This document shows, piece after piece, positions 26,700 through 37,980 of a DNA stretch of 64,000 bases (the first letter of the stretch is position 1; each line of letters begins with the position of its first letter). The notes beneath the pieces were generated by a model. The model worked only from the letters and a program-made list of their open reading frames with translations. It was not told the origin of the DNA and did not search any database. The stretch is from Antechinus flavipes (Eukaryota). The stretch is from NCBI RefSeq assembly GCF_016432865.1, contig NC_067401.1, positions 88,722,001 through 88,786,000 of the forward strand. Direction: 5' to 3'. The position numbers and the translations under genes are program-made.

Positions 26700-27830
26700 T
26701 TGCTTTCTTAATTTAATTTTTCTCAATTACATGTAAAAACAATTTTTACATCCATTTTTAATAATTCCGAACTCTAAATTTTCTTCCTCCCTTTCTTCCT
26801 TTGCCATTCTTTGAGAAGGCAAGAAATTTGCTATAAATTATATATGTGCAATCATTAAAACATTTTCCTATTAGCCATGTTACAAAAGAAAACAAGAAAA
26901 TTTTAAAAAAAGAAAATTAAAAAAGTATGCTTTGATTTGCTTTCAGACTTCTCAATTCTTTCTCTGGAGTTGGATGGCATTTTTCATCATAAATCCTTTG
27001 TAATCATATTGGATCATTGTATTGCTTAGTTGATCATCCAGCTGATCATTTTACAATATTGCTTACTATATACAATGTTCTCCTCATTTAATTTTGTATC
27101 AATTCATGTAAGTCTTCCCAGATTTTTCTGAAGACATCCTGCTTATCATTTCTTATAGCACATTAGTAATACATCTTACTTATCTACCATAAATTTTTAA
27201 CCCTTCCCCAATTACTAGGCATCCTCTTAATTTCTAATTCTTTGCCATCACACAAAAGAGCAGCTATAGATAGATTTTTTGGTACATATAGATCATTTTC
27301 TCCAGTTTCTTTGGGATAGAGACCTAGTAGTACTTGCTGAGTCAAAGGGAATACACAATTTTGTAGCTCTTTGGGCATAATTCTAAATTGCTCTCTATTA
27401 TGCTTGGATCAGTACCCAATTTCACGAACAGTAGCTGCACTAATGTCCCAATTTTCCCACAAAGCCTCCAACATTTGTAATTTTTCTTTTCTCTCCTATT
27501 GGATAATGGGATAGGAATGAAGTGGTACCTCAGAGTTGTCTTAATTTGCATTTCTCTAATTAATAATGATTTGGATTTTTTTTTCACATAACTCTAAATA
27601 TTTTTGATTTCTTCTTCTGAAAACCTGTTCATATTTTCAAACAATTTATTTATAAGGGGATGTCTTTTAAATTTGACTTAGTTTTCTATATCTATAAGAA
27701 ATGAGGCAATTAGGAAAAACTTGCTGTAAAATATTCTTCTATTTTTCTGTTTTCTTTCTATTCTTGGCTATATTGATTTTGTTTTTTTTATTTGATGTCA
27801 TCAAAACTATTCATTTTATATTCATAATAC
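26700..27830 (-). mobile_element. Old LINE-1 3' fragment
   Basis: Minus ORF 27342-27587 (SLLIREMQIKTTLRYHFIP...KCWRLCGKIGTL) is the L1 ORF2 C-terminal Cys-rich region; T-rich 3' end near 26700. Confidence 0.85.
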
Positions 27831-27832
27831 TC

Positions 27833-28177
27833 CATTGCCTCATTTTCTACTCTGTTTGTCAGAAAGTGTGAAACCACTTGCCATGAACACACTATTTTAA
27901 TATTAAGCTTAAATCTAGCATTTATGCTCTCGCTCACTTTCATTCTCATCAAGAGGCTTCTTAGTTCTTCTTTACTTTTGTCATGAAAGGAGTATCATCT
28001 ACATTTTTGAGATTATTTATATTTCTCCTGGCAACCTTAAATCTGACATTTGATTCATTGAACCTACTATTTTGCATGATGTACTCTGCATATAAATTAA
28101 ATAAGGGGCCAATATACAGTTTTATCCTACTCATATTTTAATTTTAAACCAATCTGTTGTTCCATTGTCAATTCTAA
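27833..28177 (-). mobile_element. RTE/BovB-like LINE fragment, RT region (block B)
   Basis: Minus strand TATATGCAGAGTACATCATGCAAAAT...GGAGAAATATAAATAATCTCAAAAATGTAGATGATACT (NLKNVDDT, from NLRYADDT)...AAGAAGCCTCTTGATGAG. Confidence 0.8.
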
Positions 28178-28194
28178 TTAAGAAGCAAATGTTA

Positions 28195-29856
28195 AAGAGT
28201 TGAGAATTTCAAGGGAATTAATGAAAAAAAAAAAACACAAATGAAAGTGACCTAGCTGTACCTGATCTAAAACTATATTATAAAGCAGTGGTCACCAAAA
28301 CCATTTGGTATTGGCTAAGAAATAGATTAGTTGCTCAGTGGAATAGGTTAGGTTCACAAGACAAAATAGTCAATAATTATAGCAATCTAGTGTTTGATAA
28401 ACACAAAGATCCCAACTTTGGGGATAAGAATTCATCATTTGACAAAAACTGCTGGGAAACTGGAAATTAGTATGGCAGAAATTAGGCATGGACCCACACT
28501 TAACACCATATACCAAGATAAGATCAAAATGGATCCATGATTTAGGCATAAAGAACAAGATCATAAATAAATTAGAGGAGCATAGGATAGTTTACCTCTC
28601 AGACTTGTAGAGGAGGAAGGAATTTGTGACCAAAGAAGAACCAGAGATCATTATTGATCACAAAATAGAAAATTTTGATTACATCAAATTAAAAGGCCTT
28701 TGTACAAACAAAACTAATGCAAACAAAATTAGAAGGGAAGCCACAAACTGGGAAAACATTTTTAAAGTTAAAGGTTCTGATAAAGGCCTCATTTCCAAAA
28801 TATATAGAGAATTGACTCTAATTTATAAGAAATCAAGCCATTCTCCAGTTGATAAATGGTCAAAGGATATGAACAAACAATTTTCAGATGATGAAATTGA
28901 AACTATTTCCACTCATAGGAAAGAGTGTTCCAGATCACTATTGATCAGAGAAATGCAAATTAAGACACCTCTGAGATACCACTACACACCTGTCAGATTG
29001 GCTAAGATGACAGGAAAAAATAATGATGAATGTTGGAGGGGATGCGGGAAAACCGGGACACTAATGCATTGTTGGTGGAGTTGTGAATGAATCCAACCAT
29101 TCTGGAGAGCAATCTGGAATTATGCCCAAAAAGTTATCAAATTGTGCATACTCTTTGATCCAGCAGTGTTTCTACTGGGCTTATATCCCAAAGAAATACT
29201 AAAGAAGAGAAAGGGACCTGTATGTGCCAAAATGTTTGTAGCAGCCCTGTTTGTAGTGGCTAGAAACTGGAAAATGAATGGATGCCCATCAATTGGAGAA
29301 TGATTGGGAAAATTGTGGTTTAAGAATGTTATGGAATATTATTGTTCTTTAAGAAATGACCAGCAGAATGAATACAGGGAGGCTTGGAGAGACTTACATG
29401 GTCTGATGCTAAGTGAAATGAGCAGAACCAGCAGATCATTATATACTTCAACAACGATACTGTATGAGGATGTATTCTGATGGAAGTGGATATCTTCGAC
29501 AAAGAGAAGATCTAACTCAGTTCCAGTTGATCAACAATGGACAGAAGCAGCTACACCCAAAGAAAGAACACTGGGAAATGAGTGTAAACTGCATTTTTGT
29601 TTTGCTTCCCGGGTTATTTTTACCTTCTGAATCCAATTCTCCCTGTGCAACAAGAGAACTGTTTGGTTCTACACATATATATTTTATCTAGGATATACTA
29701 TAACATATTTAACACATATAAGACTGCTTGCCATCTAGGGGAGGGAGTGGAGAGAGGGAAGGGAAAAGTCGGAACAGAAGTGAGTACAAGAGGTAATGTT
29801 GTCAAAAATTACCCAGGCATGAACTCTGTCAATAAAAAGTTACAATTAAAAAAAAA
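28195..29856 (+). mobile_element. Young 5'-truncated LINE-1 (ORF2 C-terminus, 3'UTR, polyA) with 15-bp TSD
   Basis: ORF 28626-29090 (...IREMQIKTPLRYHYTPVRLAKM...CWRGCGKTGTLMHCWWSCE); AATAAA 29831-29836 then polyA. Perfect TSD AAGAAGCAAATGTTA at 28180-28194 and 29857-29871; TT|AAGA endonuclease-type site. Confidence 0.95.
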
Positions 29857-29950
29857 AAGAAGCAAATGTTAGAATTGACAGTGGAACAACAGATTGGTTT
29901 AAACCTTTTTAATTTAATATAATCAAACCATCAATTTTATATCCATAATG

Positions 29951-30182
29951 TTCTTTGGTGCTCAAATTTCATAATAATACAACTCTCACAGCCATTAATA
30001 TAGCCAACTCTCACAGAAATTATACCTTTGATTATACACACCTTTGTTGACAAGATAATGTCTGCCTTTTAGTATGTTGTCCAGATTTGCCTTCCAAGGA
30101 CCAAGTTTCTTTAATTTTGATGGCTGCAGTCAGCATCTTCAATGATCTGTGAGCACAAGAATATAAAATCTGACATTGCCTC
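29951..30182 (-). mobile_element. RTE/BovB-like LINE fragment (block F, downstream of block B in the consensus)
   Basis: Minus strand GGCAATGTCAGATTTTATATTCTTGTGCTC...GACTGCAGCCATCAAAATTAAAG...CCTTGGAAGGCAAATCTGGACAACATACTAAAAG. Confidence 0.8.
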
Positions 30183-30995
30183 TATAATCCAGTGAATGCT
30201 ATTACTTTGGTCTCTGCCTTCAAAAATGCATTGTTTTGATTATTGCCACTTTTTAATATAGTTTGAAATCTGATACTGATCAGTACATCTTTTTTTATTG
30301 ATTCACTTGATATTCTTTACCTTTTGTTCTTCCAGGTGAATTTTGTTAATATTTTTTTCAGCTCTATAAAATAATTTTTGATAGCTTGAAAGGTATGTTA
30401 CTGAATAAGTAAACTATTTTAGAGAGAATAATATTTTTTTATTATATTGGCTTCACCTAACTATGGACAATTATAATTTCTGTTTATATTTGTGCAAACA
30501 TGTTTTGTAATTGTGTTCATGTAGTTCCTGGGTTTGTTTTATCAGGTAGACTCTCAAGTATTTTATATTGCCTGAAGTTATTTTAATTGAAATTTCTCTT
30601 TATATCTCTCATAGCTTGATTTTATTGGTAAAATATAGAAATGCTGATGATTTATATCAGTTTGTTTTATATCTTCAACTTTATTGAAATTGTTAATTAT
30701 TTCAACTGGTGGTTTAGTTAATTCTCTAGGATTTTAAAATTATACCATTATATTGTCTTCGCAGAGTCATAATTGTGTTTTCTCTTTGCCTATTCTAATC
30801 CCTTTATTTTTCTTTTCTTTTCTTATTGCTATAGCTAGCATTTCTAGTACAATACATAATAATAGTGGCCATAATTCCTTTATCTCATCTTTTTTCTATT
30901 CAGCTCTGGTTTTTCATCAGTAATGCTTGAAACTCCTCTTTCATTAAATGTCCCTTCCTTGCTCCCCACCTCATTTTGAGGGGAATCTTATTTTT

Positions 30996-31741
30996 TTAAA
31001 TATTTATTCATTTACAAAGCATATGCATGGTTACCTTTGCAAAACCTTTTGTTCCAAATTTTCCTTACCTTTCCCCTATCCCCTCCCCTAACTGGCAGGT
31101 AGTCCAATACATGTTACATATGTTGAAATACAAGTTAAATCCAATATATGTTTACATATTTATGTAGTTATTTTGCTGCACAAGAAAAATCAGATCAAGA
31201 AGGAAGGAAAAGAAAAACTGAGAAAGAAAATAAAATGCAAACAAATAACAACAGAGAGAGTGATGATGCTATATTGTGCTTCACACTCTGTTCCTACAGT
31301 CCTCTTTCTGGGTGTAAATGGCTCTCTTCATCACTGAACAAATGGAACTGGTTTGAATCCTCTCATTGTTGAAGAGAGCCATATCCATCAGAATTGATCG
31401 TTGTATAGTCTTGTTGTTGCCATATATAATGATCTTGTGGTTCTGCTCATTTCACTTAGCATCAGTTTATGTAAGTCTAGGCTTTTCTGAAATTATCCTC
31501 CTGGTCATTTATTACAGAATGATAATATTCTATAAAATTCTATACCATAATTTATTAAGCTATTCACCAATTGATGGGCATCCACTCAGTTTCCCGTTTC
31601 TTACCACTACAAAAAAGGCTGCTACAAACACTTTTGCACATGTGGGTCCATTTCCCTCCTTTAAGACCTCTTTGGAATATAATCTTAGTAGAAATACTGC
31701 TGGATCAAAAAGTATGCACAATTTAAAAACTTTTTGAGCAT
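30996..31741 (-). mobile_element. 5'-truncated LINE-1 nested in older L1 ORF1, 17-bp TSD
   Basis: Antisense L1 3'UTR and ORF2 end; TSD AGGGGAATCTTATTTTT at 30979-30995 and 31742-31758. Confidence 0.9.
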
Positions 31742-32365
31742 AGGGGAATCTTATTTTTGGTTGTAATCCTAGTTTCTCTGTATCCTGGACTATTGTATCC
31801 CTTCAGTCCTTTAATGGATAAGTTATTAAATTTTGTATGAATCTGAGGCACCACAATATTTGAATTGTTTCCCACTGCAATATTTTCTCCTTAACCTGGG
31901 AGCTCTGGAATTTAGCTAAAATACTTGTGGAAGTTTTCTTTTTGGGATTTAAGAGATGATCAATGAATTCTTTACCCTCTCATTCTAAGATATCATTGTG
32001 GTTTTCCATGAAATATGATGTCTAGGTTTTTTTTTTAATCATGGCTTTCAGATATAACAATTCTTAAACTATCTCTTCTCAAAATATTTTCTACCTCAGT
32101 TTTATTCAGTTAGATATTTCACATTTTTATTTTATTTTTTCCATACTTTTGATTTTGTTTTATTGTGTCTTGATGTCTTATGAAGTCATTAGCTCTCACA
32201 TGCCCAATTCTAATTTTTAAGACTTTTTTCTTCAATAAGTTTTTGTATCTATTTTTCCATTTGCCCAATTCTACTATTGAAAATGTTCTCTTCAGTGAAT
32301 TTTTTTTTTGTTTCTCTTACCATTTGCTCAATTCTACTATTGAAAATATTTTTCTCTTCAGTGAA

Positions 32366-32368
<3 letters not shown>

Positions 32369-32408
<40 letters not shown>
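32369..32408. repeat. (GT)20 microsatellite
   Basis: Direct reading. Confidence 0.95.
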
Positions 32409-32411
<3 letters not shown>

Positions 32412-34844
32412 ACCATTTGGCCAGTTCTGTTTTTTAAGGTATTGTTTTCTTCAGTCTTTTTTGTCCCTCTTTCCCCCCAAGCTATAAACATTTTTTCCCC
32501 ACATTTCTCTGGCATTTCTCTAAGTTATTTCCTCAATTTCCATCACAGCCATACACAATTTTAAGCTATTCTCCACTTGAAGGGCATCTATAATTTCAAC
32601 CAATCTGATAGGCGTGAGATTGTGAGATAACATTTCATAGTTTTAATAATTTACATTTATATCATCAATAATGATTTGGAGCATTTTTCTATGACTATAT
32701 ACAATTTTTATTTCTTTATTGAAAAACTGATGGTTTATATCTTTTGATCATTTATCATTTGGGAATTGAATCATATTCTTATAAATTTGACAAAGTTTTT
32801 TTTATTACATATTTGAGAAATGAGACCTTTATCTAACAGATTGTTAATGAAATCCCCCAGGCCCAGTTTTCTGCTTTCCTTTTAATCTTTGCTATATTGA
32901 TTTTATTTGTACAAGAACTTTTAAATTCAACAAAAACAATTTTCACATTTTACAATGCTTTCTTTCTTGTTTATTCATAAATTGTACTCTTATCATGAGT
33001 CTAATAGGTAATATGTTCCATGTTTGTCTAATTTTGTTGTGATATCTTCCTTTATATCTAAGTCATGTATTCATTTTTACTTTTTCTATTTACATCATTT
33101 AAGATATTGGTCTATGTCCAATTTCCGCCAAAATGTTTTTTTCAAATTTCCCAACAATTTTTATCACTAAATAATGACTTATCGCCAAACCTTCAATCTT
33201 TATACTTGTCAGATACAAGCTTACTATCATCCTTTATTACAGTATGTTGTATGTCTACTCTATTCCAAAGATTTACTTTTCTATTTCTTAGCTAGTTAGT
33301 ACCAGATAGTTTTGATATTCACTTATATACTGGTACTGCTAAACCTCCTTCTTTTACATTTTTTCTCACTTGTTTCTTTAAATTTTCTGACCTTTTGTTT
33401 TTTCAAATTGATTCCCTTATTTTTTTGAGTAATTTTTTTTAGTATTTTAATTGAATAAATAGATTAATTATCTATATTTCTGATTCTTAATCCATTCTGA
33501 TATCCATTTCCATTCTGTTAATTTAATGATTGCCCATGTTGTTGTTCAGAATTATACTCAACTTTGAAAGTTATTTTGGATTCCAACCCCAGCTGTATTG
33601 CTCTTCAAAATATAATGTTCCAAGACCTATGGTCTTTTAGAGTGGAAATTGCTAGGTCTTGTGTAACCCTCAAGGCTGAAAGAATTCTTGCTTATTTAGC
33701 AAATTCTGGTTACTTGGTACTTTGCATAGATTAATTCATTTGTTCCTTAACCCATTAAAGAGTGAGTACAAATAAGATAACCATTTTATTAATGAGATTC
33801 AGAGATATTATTACTAGCCTAATTGTAACAATTACAAAACACTTAGCCCAGGTCTTGGCATATAATAAGTGCTATATAAATGTTACTCATTGTTATTATT
33901 ATTATTACTAATTACCTCACATAGCTACTTCAGTGGCCAGAGAAGACTTAACCCCCATCTTTTTGGCTTCAACTCTTGTGTATATTCCACTATATCACTC
34001 ATCTTTTTCAAAATCTTCATTATAACCTTTTAGAACAAACTGACCTATAGGTGGTTAAATCATTTAACAAACCTTTTCTACTCTGTGATGGAACACATTT
34101 TGGGCAATTTATGGCAAAAAAGTCATTTTGACACTGGGAATGATTTAAGAAATGATACATTGGATTTAGACATGACTTGCCTGTAAATTACTCATAGAGT
34201 TTCCTTTTATAGAAATTGGCTTCCTGAGCTGTGTGCACAGCAGGAAGTTTATAGTTTACATCTTAATGTCACTTTCCTTTATTCTTTCTATTTAGGGATC
34301 ATAGAATCATAGAATAGGAGTGAGTTAGCAGTCATATAATCCAAATGCCTTGCTTCTTAGATGAGAATATTTAGGCTAAATGAGATGAAGTGACTTGACA
34401 AAGCTGAGAGTTGTCAGAGGCAGAGCCAAGAAATGATTCCAATTATTTATAACTTGAGGCCATTTCTCTACTCCTCTGCTTTCACAATGCTCATCACCAC
34501 TAAATAATAGCCTCAACTCCATTTCACTTTGCTTTAGGTAAACATAGCTACAATTCTATTTTACAAGTTATTGGAGGAAAAAGTGAATTATCAGAGATAA
34601 TTAGGGTTGTCTCTCTCAAAGGACAGTCAATTCAGTGAAGAAACAGTTTGGAAGCCAAACAATGATATGTAGTTGTTATGAGTGATCTTTTCCCTAGAAA
34701 AAAGATGAGGAAATGAATTTTCCTCCCTTTGTTGGAGAGTTTGGGTACTCTGGCTTCAGAACATCGCATGCTGTCAGACATGGTCACTCTGACAGTTTTG
34801 TTCATCTCTTTTTCTTGGTAATGAGAAAGAACTTACTGAATATC

Positions 34845-34846
<2 letters not shown>

Positions 34847-34878
<32 letters not shown>

Positions 34879-34910
34879 TGTATGTGTGTGTCTGTATGTG
34901 TGTGTATATC
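34847..34910. repeat. (TG)n microsatellite, partly interrupted
   Basis: Direct reading. Confidence 0.95.
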
Positions 34911-36859
34911 TCAAAATCATTGTAATGGACAAAAAGGATCAATAAAATTTATAGTTAAAATATATTACATTAAAAATACCAACAGATTATTTAAAGAAAT
35001 ACACAGGGAAAAGTTGGAAAGAAACAATGTTAGAAATTGTCTTAAAAAAGCTTAATGAATAAATGAAAATACACTTATTAAACCATGTATCCCAGGCACT
35101 ATACTAAGTGCTGAGAATAATTGTTTTTAAATCCAGTCTTTGCCTTTAAGTAGCTCACATTTTCAATAGGAGATCGATCTATCTATCTATCTACCTCCCT
35201 ACCTCCCTATCGCCTACTTACATATATACCATTGTATGCAAACATGTACATATATATATATATAGACCTATTGCTGGGTAGTCATAGGAGAACTGAGTGG
35301 AATTATAGTGCAATAGAATGTTGTAGTCTTGAGTTGATTATTATTATCAGAATAGGAGGTGGAAAGGTAGTAAAGTGGGGTGATAAGCTTGACAGCATAA
35401 ACAAGGTATGATATAGGGGGGTTGTTTAATTCTTTATACTTTAAATCTATTGCCTATCTTATCATATAAAAATACTTGTTGATTGGGTGGTTTGGTATGA
35501 TAAATTCTCAACAGTCTTAGAAACTACAGGGCTATTTCAATACAGTTTTATTCATGTTTCTGGAATAAAACTTGTCATAAAATAACAAAAACAAATTTTG
35601 AAAAGTCAGTTCAAATATCTGTTTGATCAAATTGACAATTATTCCAGTAAAAAAAAATATTACATAGCCTCAGATCAGCTACAGTAGGTCCAGAGATGGG
35701 TACTTTCAAGGAAATAAAGGTGAATTTTTAAGACTCTTGATATTTAGAGTCAGTATTACACTGACTGAGCAGTCATGAATAAAGTAATTTGTATATTGTA
35801 TATTTAAGAAAATCTGACAACTATGTTTATGGAAATCCCAAAATTACAAACATAAAAAAAATTGGAGTAGTGTTGATTATACTCTTTAAAAAAATTATTC
35901 TTTGTTTTTTTAAAGGCTTGGCCACAATGTTATGTATATGTACATATTTACATGTTTTAAACTTAGTGTTTCCTTAATGCATTTAGATAAAACTATATTT
36001 TTGCATAAAGTGAGGAACATTTTTATTAGATAGTAACAATTTAACATAATCCTGTGTGTATAAGGGATGTAAAAAAAAATAGATGAGCTCACATCCCATC
36101 TTTTATTTAAGTCAAATCATCATTAATTAACCTTTATTGAGCCCTCATAAGCAGCCAAGTCCAAGGTGACATGAGTATTTGAAATCTTTTTAATTGGGAA
36201 GCCTGGGGACTCCCACTGCAGATGATGATGTCTTTGTGGGTTTCCTGTTGCAGCCCAGCTCACATATTTAATCATTTAAAACAATCTGATGAGTCATTTA
36301 AAAAATCAACAGATGACCCAAATGTCTCACTTTAGAAACAATTCATGGGTCAGTGCCTTTCATGTAATCATCTGTTTCTCTTCCATGTGTTAGAAGGGGA
36401 AGGAAAACGCCATGTATTTTTAAAGGGTTAAGCCCTTGTAGCCTTAAAAAAAATGTAGCAGAGAATTAAATAATCAAACTCTTATTGCATAATAAAAAGA
36501 AAAAAATGAATATAAATGATGATCAGTTCTGCTTGCGCAATGGCTTTTCCATGACAGATGCACTTATAAATACTGACAAAATATATGAATCCATAAGAGA
36601 TATTTTCATATTGTAAAATGCAAGAGCTGAGTTTTTAAAAGTGTAAAACTATCTACTTGGGAGATATCTAATAAATGTTAATTGATACTGAGGTTGAAAT
36701 GAAATGGTCTGTCATTTTATCCTCATTTTCAACTAAGATTTAAATATCTATCTGTATGACTGAAATAAATATTGATATGTCCATTCACATCTTGACTTTA
36801 TGCTGTTTTATTTTCTTCTTGATGCTTACATGTACATTTCAGTTTGGCTCCTTTAAGAT

Positions 36860-37410
36860 AATAAGCTTCTCTCAATTGCAAAGTGGCTAAGCAAGTTGTG
36901 GTATATGAATGTAATAGAATGCTATTGTGCTGTAAGAAGTTATGAGCAGGTGTTTTCAGAAAAACCTGGAAAAAACTTGCAAAACTTGATACCCACTGAA
37001 GTGAACAGAAACAGGAGAACATTGTACACAGCAACATAGTATGATAAACTATGATAGACTTCTCTCTTCTTAGCAAAACAGTCATCCAAGACAATTTCAA
37101 GAGACTCATAATGCAAAATCCTGTCTGTATCTAAAGAAAGAACTATGGAGTTTGAATTGAAGCATACCATTTTCACTTCTTTTTTGTATTTTCTTTCTCT
37201 TGGTTTTTCCCTTTTATTCCGATTCTTCTTTCACAATATTATCAATGTGGAAATAGGTTTAATATAATTGTACATGTATAAGCTATATCAAATTTCTTGC
37301 TTTCTTGGTAAGGGGAAAGAAAAATCTGGAACTTCCAATCTTAGAAAAATATATGTTGAAAAATGACTATACATGTGATTGAAAAAATAAAATACTGTTA
37401 AGGAAAAAAA
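36860..37410 (+). mobile_element. Old LINE-1 3' end
   Basis: GAATGTAATAGAATGCTATTGTGCTGTAAGAA...AGTGAACAGAAACAGGAGAACATTGTACACAGCAAC, G-rich 3'UTR and A tail near 37405. Confidence 0.8.
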
Positions 37411-37639
37411 AAAAAAAACAAATAAGACTACAGGCTCCTATCCATAGGTAATATGTCTGTATGAGTTTTTTTTTTTTTTTTTTTTTAATAAGAGCACAGT
37501 GCCATGAACATTTAGATATATTTCATTAAAGATGATCAAGAATTTTATAAATTAGTTTCATTCAGAGCATGAACCCATTACTTTGACTCTGCCTGTGTAG
37601 GAGTGCATAATGCAATCCAGGCAAGTTCATATTTCTTGC

Positions 37640-37980
37640 TGGAATTCTAATAGCCTTGGGGCAGAAAATGCTAATATATCCAGGAAGAGAACTATGGAGC
37701 CTGAATGTGGATCAAAGCATAGTATTTTCACCTTTTTATTTGTTTGTTTCTCAGAGTTTTTTCCCCCTTTGGTCTGATTTTTCTTGTAGAACATGACAAA
37801 TATGGAAATATGTTTAAAAGGATTGCACATATTTAACCAACATCAGATTGCTTTCTGTCTTGGAGAGGGAGGAGTTAAGAAAGGAAGAAAAATTTGGAAT
37901 ATAAAGTTTTACAAAAATGAATGTTAAAAACTATCTTAACATGTATTTGGAACATAAAGTACTTAAAACATTTATTGCTG
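37640..37980 (+). mobile_element. Old LINE-1 3'UTR fragment
   Basis: CCAGGAAGAGAACTATGGAG...TTAAAAGGATTGCACATATTTAACC...TACATGTATTTGGAA pattern. Confidence 0.75.

Larger units (their letters stand above)
30190..33700 (-). mobile_element. Stack of old antisense LINE-1 ORF2/ORF1 fragments
   Basis: Antisense ORF2 (30190-30900, 32560-33430) and ORF1 (30900-32560, 33450-33700) motifs. Minus ORF 32249-32515 (FTEEKNIFNSRIEQM repeats) is ORF1 coiled coil. Confidence 0.75.

Noticed and set aside
28626-29090. Longest ORF in the window (154 aa) as a host gene
   Set aside because: It is the L1 ORF2 C-terminal fragment of a 5'-truncated element with upstream stops and frameshifts.
30311-30341. Pyrimidine tract plus CAG|GTGAAT, resembling a recursive splice site
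   Set aside because: Lies within antisense L1 ORF2, where such motifs are inherited from the consensus; a similar one occurs near 61360.
32249-32564. Tandem ~55-bp repeats and HTHTHT / CVCVCV ORFs
   Set aside because: Heptad repeats of the L1 ORF1 coiled coil plus translation of a (GT)n microsatellite; not a CRISPR-like array or a protein.
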